A stretch of DNA of 32,831 bases. Source: Polyangiaceae bacterium. Lineage in GTDB: Bacteria > Myxococcota_A > Polyangia > Polyangiales > Polyangiaceae. Numbering within the stretch: the stretch's first letter is position 1; each line of letters begins with the position of its first letter. The position numbers and the translations under genes were made by a program. Location: NCBI GenBank assembly GCA_036522995.1, contig DATDEV010000219.1:1-32831 (forward strand), given 5' to 3'. This document shows, piece by piece, positions 1 through 9,046 of this stretch. Under the pieces are notes generated by a model, which saw only the letters and a list, made by a program, of their open reading frames with translations, was not told where the DNA came from and ran no database searches.

Positions 1-34
1 CTTCGTCGCCGCCACCTACCGCCGCCTCCCCTAG
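1..34 (+). CDS. 3' end of an upstream gene (partial, unidentified)
   Basis: Frame from nt 2 reads FVAATYRRLP-TAG with every sense codon ending in C. Too short to identify. Confidence 0.35.
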   Translation, partial: FVAATYRRLP

Positions 35-563
35 CTCGCATCCCGCCGCCTCACCTCTCAGGGTGACCAGCCTAGGGGTAGCCACCCGCACATCCGCCCG
101 GCGCGCACTCGCATTCCGCCCACAGTGATCTCGGGCTGAGCTCACCTGACGAACGCACACAACAACGCACTTGGGCTAGCCCCTCCAACCGTCCACAAGA
201 CGACACCCCAAACTCCTCGACCGTGGCTGCAACGAACGCCCGCACCGCCGCGAACCAGCCATTGGAGCCAGTATCGCCACACGCCCCCTTCGCTACGAGC
301 CAGACGTTGGATCCGCCTCGCCTCGCGTTTGCCCAAATCACTTACATGTAGTGAAGGCGCACCCGCCTCCTTGCCGTTTTACTGACCATGAAGTGCGGTC
401 GCGCACGCGAGACACTGAAAGCCTAACCTCGCTCTGAAATTATTTGAGATGATGAGCGTCGGCGGAGTATTCGTGTCATCTTGTCATGTCTCTTTCCTGA
501 GCGGTTCGCGCGAAGTGTGCGAGCCGACTCCCGGTTGTTTGCTTCACCCTCTGAGGTAGCTCG

Positions 564-3500
564 ATGAGCTGGTCGTCCTTTCGTCTGTTCGGTGTCATGG
601 GAGTGTGGTTGGCCGCGCAAACCGGTTGCGGCGGCAACCCAGAGGTTTCGGGCGTCGACCCCGGGGGCCAAAACGGCGGAACCGACAGCGGTGGCACCGG
701 CTCTTCGCAAGCCGGCAAGGCCGGCTCGCTGAACCTCCCCACCGGTGGCACCGAGGGCAACGGCGAAGGCGGCAGCGGCGCCATGGGGCAGAGCGACTAC
801 GTCTGCGGCAACCAGGAGCTCGAGCCGGGCGAATTCTGCGACGACGGCAACACCGACGACGATGATGGCTGTTCGGCCGACTGCACTGAAGTGGATCTCG
901 ACTTCGATTGCTCGGAGATCGGCGAGCCCTGCGTGCAGGTCGTGATCTGCGGGAGCGGCGTGCTCGAGGGCGACGAAGTTTGCGATGACGGCAACACCGA
1001 CGATGGCGACGGCTGTAGCGCGGACTGCGCCACCGTCGAGGACGGCTTCGTCTGCGTGCGCCCCGGCAAAGAGTGCGTGGCCGTGTCGGTGTGCGGCAAC
1101 GGCGCGCGCGAGCGCGGCGAGCAGTGCGACGACGGCAACGCCGACGCGGCTGATGGTTGCGACGCGGCGTGCCAGCTCGAGAGCGGCTTCTTCTGCTCCA
1201 CGCCCGGCACTGACTGCGTCGAGCTCGTGTGCGGCGACGGCGTCCGCACCCCGGACGAAGCCTGCGACGACGGCACGAGCTTGCCGGACGACGGCTGCGA
1301 CGACACCTGCGAGGTGCGTCAGGGCTGGCGCTGCAACACCGCGGGCTGTCAGCCCATCTGCGGCGACGGCCGGGTCGAGAAGGGCGAGCTCTGCGACGAC
1401 GGCGCTCGCGTGAGCGGCGACGGCTGCTCGTCGGGCTGCACGGTCGAGCCGTACTTCGGCTGTACGACTCCTGCCCACCAGACCAGCGTCTGCACGTCCA
1501 CGATCGCGTGCGGCAACGGCACCCTGGATCCGGGCGAGGTCTGCGATCCCCCGGGCACCAATGGCTGCAAGGCGGGCTGCAAGAGCTTCACCCCGACCAC
1601 GATCCCGGCCGTCTGCGGCAACGGCACGGTCGAGGAGGGCGAAGGCTGCGAGCCGAAGAGCATCCCCGGTTGCAGCGCTACCTGTCAGGTCACAGCTGGC
1701 TGGACCTGCCCGCAACCGGGCTTCTGCTTCGAGAACCCGCGCTGCGGCGACGGCAACGTCGACCTGTCGCTCGGCGAGCAGTGCGAAAATCCGCCCATCC
1801 CTGGCGTCCCCCACGCCGGTTGCGGCGCCAACTGCAAGGCCCTGACCGGCTATACTTGCGTCGGCCTCACGGCGGCGGACACGACCTGCTTCAGGCCCGT
1901 TTGCGGCGACGGCGTCATTCAGCCGGGTGAGCAATGTGACGATGGCGCCAATGGCGCGGGCTGCGTGAGCTGCGTGCTGACCGCCGGTTGGGCTTGCCCG
2001 ACCCCGGGAGCCGCATGCATTGCTCGCTGCGGCGATGGCATCAAGGTCGGCGCCGAAGAGTGTGACGACAGCAACAACAACAACGGCGACGGTTGCAACC
2101 GCGGCTGCTTCGTCGAGCCGGGCTTCAAGTGTCCGCCTGTTGGCGCTTGCACGGCCGCCATTTGCGGCGACAAAGTCGTCGACAAGGGCGAGCGCTGCGA
2201 CGACGGCGGCGTCTGTGTCAACGCCACCAACAAGGGTGTCGCCTGCACCAGCGTGACCACCTGCGTGGATCCCGACGGCGGGGCCGGCCCGATCGTCCCC
2301 AGCTGCCAGCCGGTTGCCGGTGACGGCTGCGGCGCGACCTGCCAGAAGGAGCCGACCATCACCCCGGGGCCGAACCCGACCGTGGTCACTTCTTGCGGCG
2401 ACGGTATGATCAACGCCGACACGGGCGAGGAATGCGACGACGGCAACATCGACGAGGACGACGGTTGCACCTCGACTTGTCAGCTCGACGACCGCTTTAC
2501 CTGCACCTTGATCAACAGCCGACCGACGTCGATCCAGATGAAGGTCACGTACCGCGACTTCAAGGCGCGTAACGTCGTGGGCGGCGGCGGGCACCCCGAC
2601 TTCCAGTGGCAACCCAATCCGGAGCAGCTCGGCATGCCTGGGCCCGTCTGTACTCGCGACGCTAACGCTGCTTGTAACACCGCAGCGGGTGTTGTCTGCG
2701 GTGCGAACCAGTGTGCCCGCCTCGACACCGAGGGCAAGCCTGTCTATCACCGCACCAACAACGAGGGGCGTATCACGAGCCACCAAAGCTACGCGCTTTG
2801 GTACCGCGACACCAACGCCGCCAACCTGGCAGGCACCAACGGCGTCATTCAACAGACGGCGATCCCGAGCACTTTGACGCTCAACCAGCAAGGTGGCGCC
2901 GCCTCGGATGTCTACCAATACAGCAGCACCTCACACTTTCCTCTCGACACCGCTGCAGGTGCGTTCGGGCTGGTCTGCGCCGAGCTCAACCCAGACCCAG
3001 CATGTTGCGCCGCCGGCGGCGCTTGCGAAGGTCATAACTTCCACTTCACGAGTGAGCTGCGTTACTTCTTTCAGTACAACGGCGGCGAAACTCTCACCTT
3101 CTACGGCGACGACGACGTTTGGGTATTCATCAACGGTCGCCTCGCCGTCGACTTGGGTGGCGTGCACGGCCAGCAGTATGGTCGCGTCGTGCTGGGCGAC
3201 GACGGCCGTGTCGGCGCCGCCGACAGTGGCGGCGACAGCGGCTGCTCGGTGCACAACCAGGATAACTTGGCGCCGCTCAACGGCTGCTTGACTGCCGCCG
3301 AGCTGGCTGACGACACCGACACCCGCTTCGGCCTGACCAGGGGCCGCACCTACGAAATCGTGCTGTTCCACGCCGAACGCCACACCACCGCCTCGAACTT
3401 CCAGCTCACGCTCAATGGCTTCTTGCCCCAGCGCTCCAGCTGCACGCCCATCTGCGGCGATGGCGAAGTGGTGCCAGGCGAGGTGTGCGACCAGGGCACG

Positions 3501-4763
3501 GGGGCGGGCGGCAACCAGGATGGTGTCTCGGGTCGCTGCAACACCAGCTGCAACGCCTACGCGTTTTGCGGCGACGGCACGAGGCAGACCGGCGAGGCAT
3601 GCGACGACGGCAGCAACATCACGTTGTACCGCACGGCCGCCACTCCTGTCGGGGCGTGCGCGCCCGGCTGCAAGCTGCCGGCGAGCTGCGGTGACGGAAC
3701 GACGCAGGCCGGTCAAAACGAAAAGTGCGACAAGGGCACCTCGATGAACACCGGCGCCTATGGCGGCTGCACCGCGACCTGCCAGCTCGGCGGCTACTGC
3801 GGTGACGGTGCCAAGAACGGTACGGAATTCTGCGACCGCGGCGTGTTGAACGGCAAGGAGTACGGCCCGACGTCGTGCGGCTTCGATTGCAAGCTCGGCC
3901 CGCATTGCGGCGACGCCATCCCCAACGGCACCGAGGAATGTGACCTCGGCAGCGCCGAGAACGGCACCGCCGGCGCTGCCTGCGACGCCACCTGCAAGAA
4001 GGTGCCGGGCTGCGGCGACGGACTCAAGCAAGCGAACGAGTCGTGCGACTACGGTCAGTTCTACTCGAACGCCTACGGCGGCTGCACCAACATGTGCGAG
4101 TTCGGGCCGCGCTGCGGCGATGGCACCGCGCAGACTCCGTACGAGGAATGCGACGACGGCGCTCTGGCGAACACCGGCGGCTACGACGGCTGCAACGCAA
4201 CCTGCGACCTCGGGCCGCATTGCGGTGACGCCGTCATCCAGACCGACCATCAGGAAGCGTGCGACAACGGCTTCAACAACGACGACTACAAGTTCGACGA
4301 CGAGTCGTGCGGCATCGGCTGCACGCCTCCGCCCTCCTGCGGCGACGGCAGCGTCCAGGCCAGCTTCGAGCTGTGCGACAACGGCGATGCCAACGATGAC
4401 GACGCCTACGAGGGCTGCACCACCAAGTGCGAATTCGGTCCGTACTGCGGCGACGGCGAAGCGGACGGTCCCGAGCTGTGCGACTTGGGAGACGAGAACG
4501 TGTCGTATGCCGCGGCGGCCGGTGGTTGCAGCTACGACTGCGAGCCGGCGCCGTATTGCGGCGACGCGACCCGCAACGGTCCGGAGCAGTGCGACCTGGG
4601 CACCGACGCCAACACCGGCGACTACGGCACCTGCAACGCCGATTGCACCTTTGCCCCGCGCTGCGGCGACGGCGAGAAGCAAGACGGCGAGCAGTGCGAC
4701 GACGGTCCCGGCGGTAGCCTCAGCTGCACGGCAGCCTGCCGGCGCCGCCAAGTCGTCCAATAA
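564..4763 (+). CDS. Cys-rich repeat (Myxococcus cysteine-rich/DUF4215-like) lipoprotein with central fibro-slime (PA14-like) domain
   Basis: Signal peptide ending AAQTG-C and a G/S linker, then many CG[DN]G..E.CDDG..C...C units. Central motif [44 protein letters not shown]...[10 protein letters not shown] is typical of the fibro-slime domain. GAGG precedes the ATG. Confidence 0.9.
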   Translation: MSWSSFRLFGVMGVWLAAQTGCGGNPEVSGVDPGGQNGGTDSGGTGSSQAGKAGSLNLPTGGTEGNGEGGSGAMGQSDYVCGNQELEPGEFCDDGNTDDDDGCSADCTEVDLDFDCSEIGEPCVQVVICGSGVLEGDEVCDDGNTDDGDGCSADCATVEDGFVCVRPGKECVAVSVCGNGARERGEQCDDGNADAADGCDAACQLESGFFCSTPGTDCVELVCGDGVRTPDEACDDGTSLPDDGCDDTCEVRQGWRCNTAGCQPICGDGRVEKGELCDDGARVSGDGCSSGCTVEPYFGCTTPAHQTSVCTSTIACGNGTLDPGEVCDPPGTNGCKAGCKSFTPTTIPAVCGNGTVEEGEGCEPKSIPGCSATCQVTAGWTCPQPGFCFENPRCGDGNVDLSLGEQCENPPIPGVPHAGCGANCKALTGYTCVGLTAADTTCFRPVCGDGVIQPGEQCDDGANGAGCVSCVLTAGWACPTPGAACIARCGDGIKVGAEECDDSNNNNGDGCNRGCFVEPGFKCPPVGACTAAICGDKVVDKGERCDDGGVCVNATNKGVACTSVTTCVDPDGGAGPIVPSCQPVAGDGCGATCQKEPTITPGPNPTVVTSCGDGMINADTGEECDDGNIDEDDGCTSTCQLDDRFTCTLINSRPTSIQMKVTYRDFKARNVVGGGGHPDFQWQPNPEQLGMPGPVCTRDANAACNTAAGVVCGANQCARLDTEGKPVYHRTNNEGRITSHQSYALWYRDTNAANLAGTNGVIQQTAIPSTLTLNQQGGAASDVYQYSSTSHFPLDTAAGAFGLVCAELNPDPACCAAGGACEGHNFHFTSELRYFFQYNGGETLTFYGDDDVWVFINGRLAVDLGGVHGQQYGRVVLGDDGRVGAADSGGDSGCSVHNQDNLAPLNGCLTAAELADDTDTRFGLTRGRTYEIVLFHAERHTTASNFQLTLNGFLPQRSSCTPICGDGEVVPGEVCDQGTGAGGNQDGVSGRCNTSCNAYAFCGDGTRQTGEACDDGSNITLYRTAATPVGACAPGCKLPASCGDGTTQAGQNEKCDKGTSMNTGAYGGCTATCQLGGYCGDGAKNGTEFCDRGVLNGKEYGPTSCGFDCKLGPHCGDAIPNGTEECDLGSAENGTAGAACDATCKKVPGCGDGLKQANESCDYGQFYSNAYGGCTNMCEFGPRCGDGTAQTPYEECDDGALANTGGYDGCNATCDLGPHCGDAVIQTDHQEACDNGFNNDDYKFDDESCGIGCTPPPSCGDGSVQASFELCDNGDANDDDAYEGCTTKCEFGPYCGDGEADGPELCDLGDENVSYAAAAGGCSYDCEPAPYCGDATRNGPEQCDLGTDANTGDYGTCNADCTFAPRCGDGEKQDGEQCDDGPGGSLSCTAACRRRQVVQ
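804..4739 (+). repeat. 24 degenerate Cys-rich protein repeats (12 before and 12 after the fibro-slime domain)
   Basis: Hand count of CG[DNS]x...E.C[DE] units in the 1399-aa translation. Confidence 0.85.
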
Positions 4764-4811
4764 CGCGAGGCGTTTGCCTCGACATCCGGGCGGTGCGAAG
4801 GTGCCGTCCGG

Positions 4812-6662
4812 ATGCGGATCGCGCTGCTCTACCCGCCGCCCTGGAAAATCCCTGCCCCGGGCGAGGCTCGGCTGCCGCCGTCCGAAGGTGGGCCGCCCTC
4901 GGACTATCGTGAGGGCGATCTCGACGCCGACTTCTTCCAGACGCCCTACGGGCTGCTGAGCCTGGGCGCGCAAGCGCTGCGGGCTGGGCACCAGGTCAAG
5001 GTCTTCAACCTGTCGGGCTTCGCCTGGAGCGAGGTCGAGCAGGCGGTGGCCGCGCTCGACGCCGACGTGTTCGCGCTGTCGTGTTGGACGGCCAATCGGC
5101 GCGGCGTCGGGCTGACGGTGAAGGAGATCCGCAAGCGCCACCCCGGCGCGCACATCGTGGTCGGCGGTCCGCACGCGACTCCGCTGCCGCGCGAGGTGAT
5201 GCGGCACTACGCCGAGATCGACACGCTGTGCGCCGGTGAGAGCGAGGGCAGCTTCATGGAGCTCGTGGAGCGGCTGCAGGCGGGCGCCTCGACCAAGGGC
5301 GTGGCCGGTACCTGGTATCGCGAAGGCAGCGACGTGGTGCAAGCCAGCTCGCGCGACTCGATCCAAAACCTGGACACGCTCGCTTCACCGCACGCCTACT
5401 TCGACACTCACATCTTCATGACCTCGCGTGGCTGCCCCTGGGCCTGCACCTTCTGCGGGGCCGAGAGCAGCTGGGGGCGCGGCTTCCGCGGTCAATCGGT
5501 GCCCTACGTGCTCGACGCTCTGGAGCAGGCCATCGAGCGCGCGCCCGTCAAGATGCTCCAGATCAAGGACGACACCTTCACCACCAACAAGAAGCGCGTG
5601 CTGGAGCTGTGCCGCGGCATCCGTGAGCGCAAGCTGAAGTTCTTGTGGAGCTGCGACACGCGCGTCGACGTCCTGAACGAAGAGCTACTGCACGAGATGC
5701 GCCTGGCCGGCTGCCAGCGACTCAGCCTGGGAGTCGAGACCGGGTCCGCGCAAATCCTGGAGAAGATTCACAAGAAGATCACGGTCGACGAGATCATCGC
5801 CGCGGCCGAGATGGCCAAGCGCTACGGCGTGCACGTGCGCTTCTACATGATGCTCGGCAATCGTGGTGAGACCGCCGAAACGTTCCGCGAGACGCTCGAC
5901 TTTCTGAAGCGTGCCAAACCGCACCAGTACATTTTTTCTTGCCTGTCGGTGTTCCCCGGCACGCATGACTTTCAGGATGCCGAACGCGCCGGCTGGCTGG
6001 ATCGCGAGCGCTACTTCACGGAAGACTTTCAGGAGCTGAAGGTGCCGTACGACGCTTCCGAAGCCGACACGGCGCTGATGAACGAATGGTTCGCGCGCAA
6101 CAAGGGCCTGCAGGAAGGCTACTTGGAGGGCGTCGACGATTGTCGCGGCATCCTGAGCCGGCTCGGCGATCACGCCCCGGCGCACCTGGATCTGGCGGCC
6201 GCGCACTATCGCGACGGCGACATCGAAGCAGCTCGCGAGCACGCGCAGCGGGCGCTCGACCTCGCTCACCCGGCGCCGGGTCTTTGCTTCAATTTGCTCG
6301 CGTGCACGGCGCTGGCGCAGGGCGACATCCCGGCCATGCAAGCTCACTTCATGAGCGCGGCGCGGCGCGATCCGCAGCACCAGGTGCTGATCGGCAACGT
6401 GCAGCGCGCTCGCGCCTGGTTCGCCGAGCACGGCCCCGAGCGCGGCTTGCCGCTCCAGCTCCACGCACGGCACGACTTTCAGTTGCTCGAGCGGACGGCT
6501 CAACCAGCGCTGCCAGGCGCACTGCCGCCCGACTTTGCGGCTTGGGATGCGCAGACAGCTCGCGCCGAGCCGCTGGGTGCCGACGGCGGCGCCGGGAGCG
6601 TCGTCGATCGACAGCGCCAGCCGATCGAGTTTCGCAGTCGCCGGCTGCCGGTAGCCCGCTAG
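4812..6662 (+). CDS. Cobalamin-binding radical SAM protein (class B methyltransferase-like) with C-terminal TPR-like region
   Basis: B12-domain features PYGLLSLGA...IVVGGPHAT. CxxxCxxC motif in TSRGCPWACTFC, plus DDTFT and GVETGS. Helical AHLDLAAAHY...ALDL repeat near the C-terminus. Confidence 0.9.
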   Translation: MRIALLYPPPWKIPAPGEARLPPSEGGPPSDYREGDLDADFFQTPYGLLSLGAQALRAGHQVKVFNLSGFAWSEVEQAVAALDADVFALSCWTANRRGVGLTVKEIRKRHPGAHIVVGGPHATPLPREVMRHYAEIDTLCAGESEGSFMELVERLQAGASTKGVAGTWYREGSDVVQASSRDSIQNLDTLASPHAYFDTHIFMTSRGCPWACTFCGAESSWGRGFRGQSVPYVLDALEQAIERAPVKMLQIKDDTFTTNKKRVLELCRGIRERKLKFLWSCDTRVDVLNEELLHEMRLAGCQRLSLGVETGSAQILEKIHKKITVDEIIAAAEMAKRYGVHVRFYMMLGNRGETAETFRETLDFLKRAKPHQYIFSCLSVFPGTHDFQDAERAGWLDRERYFTEDFQELKVPYDASEADTALMNEWFARNKGLQEGYLEGVDDCRGILSRLGDHAPAHLDLAAAHYRDGDIEAAREHAQRALDLAHPAPGLCFNLLACTALAQGDIPAMQAHFMSAARRDPQHQVLIGNVQRARAWFAEHGPERGLPLQLHARHDFQLLERTAQPALPGALPPDFAAWDAQTARAEPLGADGGAGSVVDRQRQPIEFRSRRLPVAR

Positions 6663-6728
6663 CCAGCGACGCGCGACGTTCGAGCACGCGCTTGACGGAA
6701 CGCGTGCGCACCGCTTAAGCAATGGGAG

Positions 6729-7709
6729 TTGCCTCGCCACGCCGTCCCATTCGCGTTGCGCTGTGCCACGGCGGCTCTCCTCGGGTCCCTGTGGTCTGCG
6801 CATGCGCGCGCTCAGAGCGAGCCTCCAGCTCCAGCAGCGGGCCTGGTGATCCGCTGGAGCGGACCGGACGACTGTGAGCGTGGAGAGGCGGTTCAGGCCA
6901 AAGTACTGCGACTTTTGGGGGGGAGCCCGCACGCGCTCGAGCCGTTCGAGGTGTCGGTCACGGTGCGGCGCGAGGGGGCCAAACGCTACGTGGCGGAGCT
7001 GGAAACGCGCGCGGCGACCGGCGGCGGCAAGAAGCGGCTGGAGGGTGAATCCTGCGATGCGATCGCGCTCGCCAGCTCGGTCGTGATCGCGCTCTCGGTG
7101 GATCCCGAGGCGAGTCTCGATGCCGAGCACGGCCCCGAGCCGCCGCCTCCGCCCGCCAAAGCGCCTCCGCCCGCCAAAGCGCCTCCGCCCCCGCGCGAGC
7201 TGCTCGGATACGTCCACGGCTCCGTGGGGGTGCTGCTGCGCATGCTCGGCGAGCCTTCGGGGTTCGCGGGGATCGGGATCGGCATGCGCTATCGGCGTTT
7301 CGGCGTCGAGCTGGGAGGCGTGCTTTCCCAAACCGGCCGGGTGACGGCTCCGGAGCGACCCAAGGTGGGTGCCGAGCTACGCCTTTTCACGGGCGAGCTG
7401 CTCGGTTGCTATGCGGTAATGTTACCAAGGCCGGTCGCGCTCGAAGGCTGCGCGGGCGCCCGCCTCGAGTACCTCACGGCCACCGCTTTCGGAGTCAGCA
7501 ATCCCGACCGCGGCAGCGTGCTGATCCTGGGCGGCCAGGCGGCGCTCCGCGGCAGGCTGCGCGCCACGTCGTGGCTGTCCGCCGTGCTCGATGTGGGCCT
7601 GGTCGTCCGGCCCTTCCATCCGACCTTCGTCCTGCAGGGGGTGGGTGATGTGTATGAGATCCCAGTGGTTTCGCCGTTTGCGCGCACCGGGCTCGCACTG
7701 GAATTTTGA
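6729..7709 (+). CDS. Secreted protein, putative outer-membrane beta-barrel with N-terminal Cys-containing domain and Pro-rich linker
   Basis: Signal peptide (..SAHARA-Q), PPPAKA linker, C-terminal half with alternating hydrophobic/Gly strands, terminal ...TGLALEF with C-terminal Phe. TTG start is uncertain. Confidence 0.65.
   Translation: MPRHAVPFALRCATAALLGSLWSAHARAQSEPPAPAAGLVIRWSGPDDCERGEAVQAKVLRLLGGSPHALEPFEVSVTVRREGAKRYVAELETRAATGGGKKRLEGESCDAIALASSVVIALSVDPEASLDAEHGPEPPPPPAKAPPPAKAPPPPRELLGYVHGSVGVLLRMLGEPSGFAGIGIGMRYRRFGVELGGVLSQTGRVTAPERPKVGAELRLFTGELLGCYAVMLPRPVALEGCAGARLEYLTATAFGVSNPDRGSVLILGGQAALRGRLRATSWLSAVLDVGLVVRPFHPTFVLQGVGDVYEIPVVSPFARTGLALEF
7145..7190 (+). repeat. Perfect 18-bp tandem repeat (about 2.5 copies) encoding a Pro-rich linker
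   Basis: GCCTCCGCCCGCCAAAGC x2 followed by GCCTCCGCCC. Confidence 0.9.
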
Positions 7710-7826
7710 ATCGAGCGACCCATCGAAGATTCGAAAGTTGCGTCAGATCACGGAATCCTCACGACGCTTGCACTGATATCCTCGAGCGACGTCGCCACCG
7801 CATTTTCGGTAGCGGCATCGCGAGCC

Positions 7827-8402
7827 TTGTCCCAACCCGAAAGCGTCGGATCGTTCGAGACGCGGCCGTCGTCACCGCCCGCATTTGCGGAGGTGTACGA
7901 AAGCTGCGCCAAGCTGGTCTGGCGCAATCTGCGTCGCCTCGGCGTACCCGAGGCAGTGCTCGAGGACGCCGCGCAAGATGTCTTTCTCGTCGTTCACCGC
8001 AGACTGCCCGATTTCGAAGGCCGCTCCACGCTGCGTACCTGGATCTTCGGCATCGTGCTGCGCGTCGCGGCCAGGCACCGTCGCAAGGCGCACGGTCTGG
8101 CATCGCGCGAGTCGCCGATCGCTGTCGAGCTCGGCGACGTACTCTCGGCGCCCGTTTACGACGGGCCATTCGAGCGCACGCTCCAGCGGCAGGCGAACGA
8201 GTTGCTGCAGCGAGTGCTGGAGCAGCTCAGCGACGAGAGGCGTGCGCTCTTGATCATGGTCGACCTCGAGCAGACGAGCGTGGCGGAGGCTGCCGAAGCG
8301 CTCGATATCAACCTCAACACCGCCTATTCGCGGCTGCGCGCCGCGCGTCGCGCCTTCGAGACCGAGCTGGCTGCGCTGCTCGGGGAGTCCGACGCGAAAT
8401 GA
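7827..8402 (+). CDS. ECF-family RNA polymerase sigma-70 factor
   Basis: Region 2 motif EDAAQDVFLVVHRRLPDFEGRSTLRTWIFGI and region 4 motif EAAEALDINLNTAYSRLRAARR. TTG start is uncertain. Confidence 0.92.
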   Translation: MSQPESVGSFETRPSSPPAFAEVYESCAKLVWRNLRRLGVPEAVLEDAAQDVFLVVHRRLPDFEGRSTLRTWIFGIVLRVAARHRRKAHGLASRESPIAVELGDVLSAPVYDGPFERTLQRQANELLQRVLEQLSDERRALLIMVDLEQTSVAEAAEALDINLNTAYSRLRAARRAFETELAALLGESDAK

Positions 8403-9046
8403 GCGGGCTCGAGCGCAAAGCGCATCGCCTGGTGGATCTGGCCCGCTCCAGCAGTGATCCGTCGGCGGCTCAGCTGCTCAGCCTGCACGGCGCGGTTTCG
8501 GCTCGCATCGCTGCCGAGGCAGCAGCCGCGTCCGTCGGAACGGCTGCAGGTTGGAAGGCAGCCGGCGCGAGCGGTGTGGTCAAGGGGCTGCTAGCGGCCG
8601 GTGCGTTGGCGACAGGCGTTGCCGGCTATTGGGCCCTGCCGGAGCAGAGCCCACCTGCGCCGAGCGCGGTCGCCCACCGGGCGCCGCCGCCGCCCGCGCC
8701 GCTGGCTCCAGTCGCGGAGGCCGCCCCGCCGCCCTCGAGCGTGCCTGCCCCGCCGGCGGCTCGCCCGAGCAAGCCGCCCACCCTGCGCTTGCAAGACGAG
8801 GCAGCGCTGCTGGCCGACGTGCAGGTGTCGCTCCGCGGCGGTCGCCCGGGCGAGGCGCTGGCCAAGCTCGACAGCTACGATCGACGCTTCGCGAGCGGCA
8901 TGCTGCGCGCCGAGGCCGATGCGGCGCGAGTCTTCGCCCTGTGCGCCGCCGGTCGTATCGACAAGGCGCGCGCTGCCGCCGAGCGTTTCGTTCAGCAATA
9001 CCCGAACGCCCCCGCTACGGCCCGTGTCCAGGCCGCCTGCAACTAG
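8399..9046 (+). CDS. Putative membrane anti-sigma factor (cytoplasmic helical N-terminus, TM helix, Pro-rich linker, TPR-like C-terminus)
   Basis: ATG overlaps the sigma stop (ATGA at 8399-8402) with GGGGAG upstream. Hydrophobic GLLAAGALATGVAGYWAL segment, Pro-rich spacer, helical EAALLADVQ...ALAKLDSY...AERFVQQYPNAP domain. Confidence 0.75.
   Translation: MSGLERKAHRLVDLARSSSDPSAAQLLSLHGAVSARIAAEAAAASVGTAAGWKAAGASGVVKGLLAAGALATGVAGYWALPEQSPPAPSAVAHRAPPPPAPLAPVAEAAPPPSSVPAPPAARPSKPPTLRLQDEAALLADVQVSLRGGRPGEALAKLDSYDRRFASGMLRAEADAARVFALCAAGRIDKARAAAERFVQQYPNAPATARVQAACN

Noticed and set aside
804-4739. Recurrent TGCGGCGACGGC / TGCGACGACGGC as a possible CRISPR or DGR repeat
   Set aside because: In-frame codons of protein repeats, degenerate and irregularly spaced. 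No cas or reverse transcriptase gene is present.
423-5366. Long antisense ORFs 423..2918 (831 aa) and 2931..5366 (811 aa)
   Set aside because: Shadow frames of the high-GC sense genes, with Ala/Val/Arg-rich translations and no motifs.
6917-6923. G7 homopolymer as a phase-variation tract
   Set aside because: Too short to be unusual at this GC content, and the frame is intact.
7706-9023. Extended N-termini of ORF-track calls 7706..9046 and 8601..10610
   Set aside because: They overlap the sigma and anti-sigma genes in other frames. Starts at 8399 and 9024 give coherent proteins.
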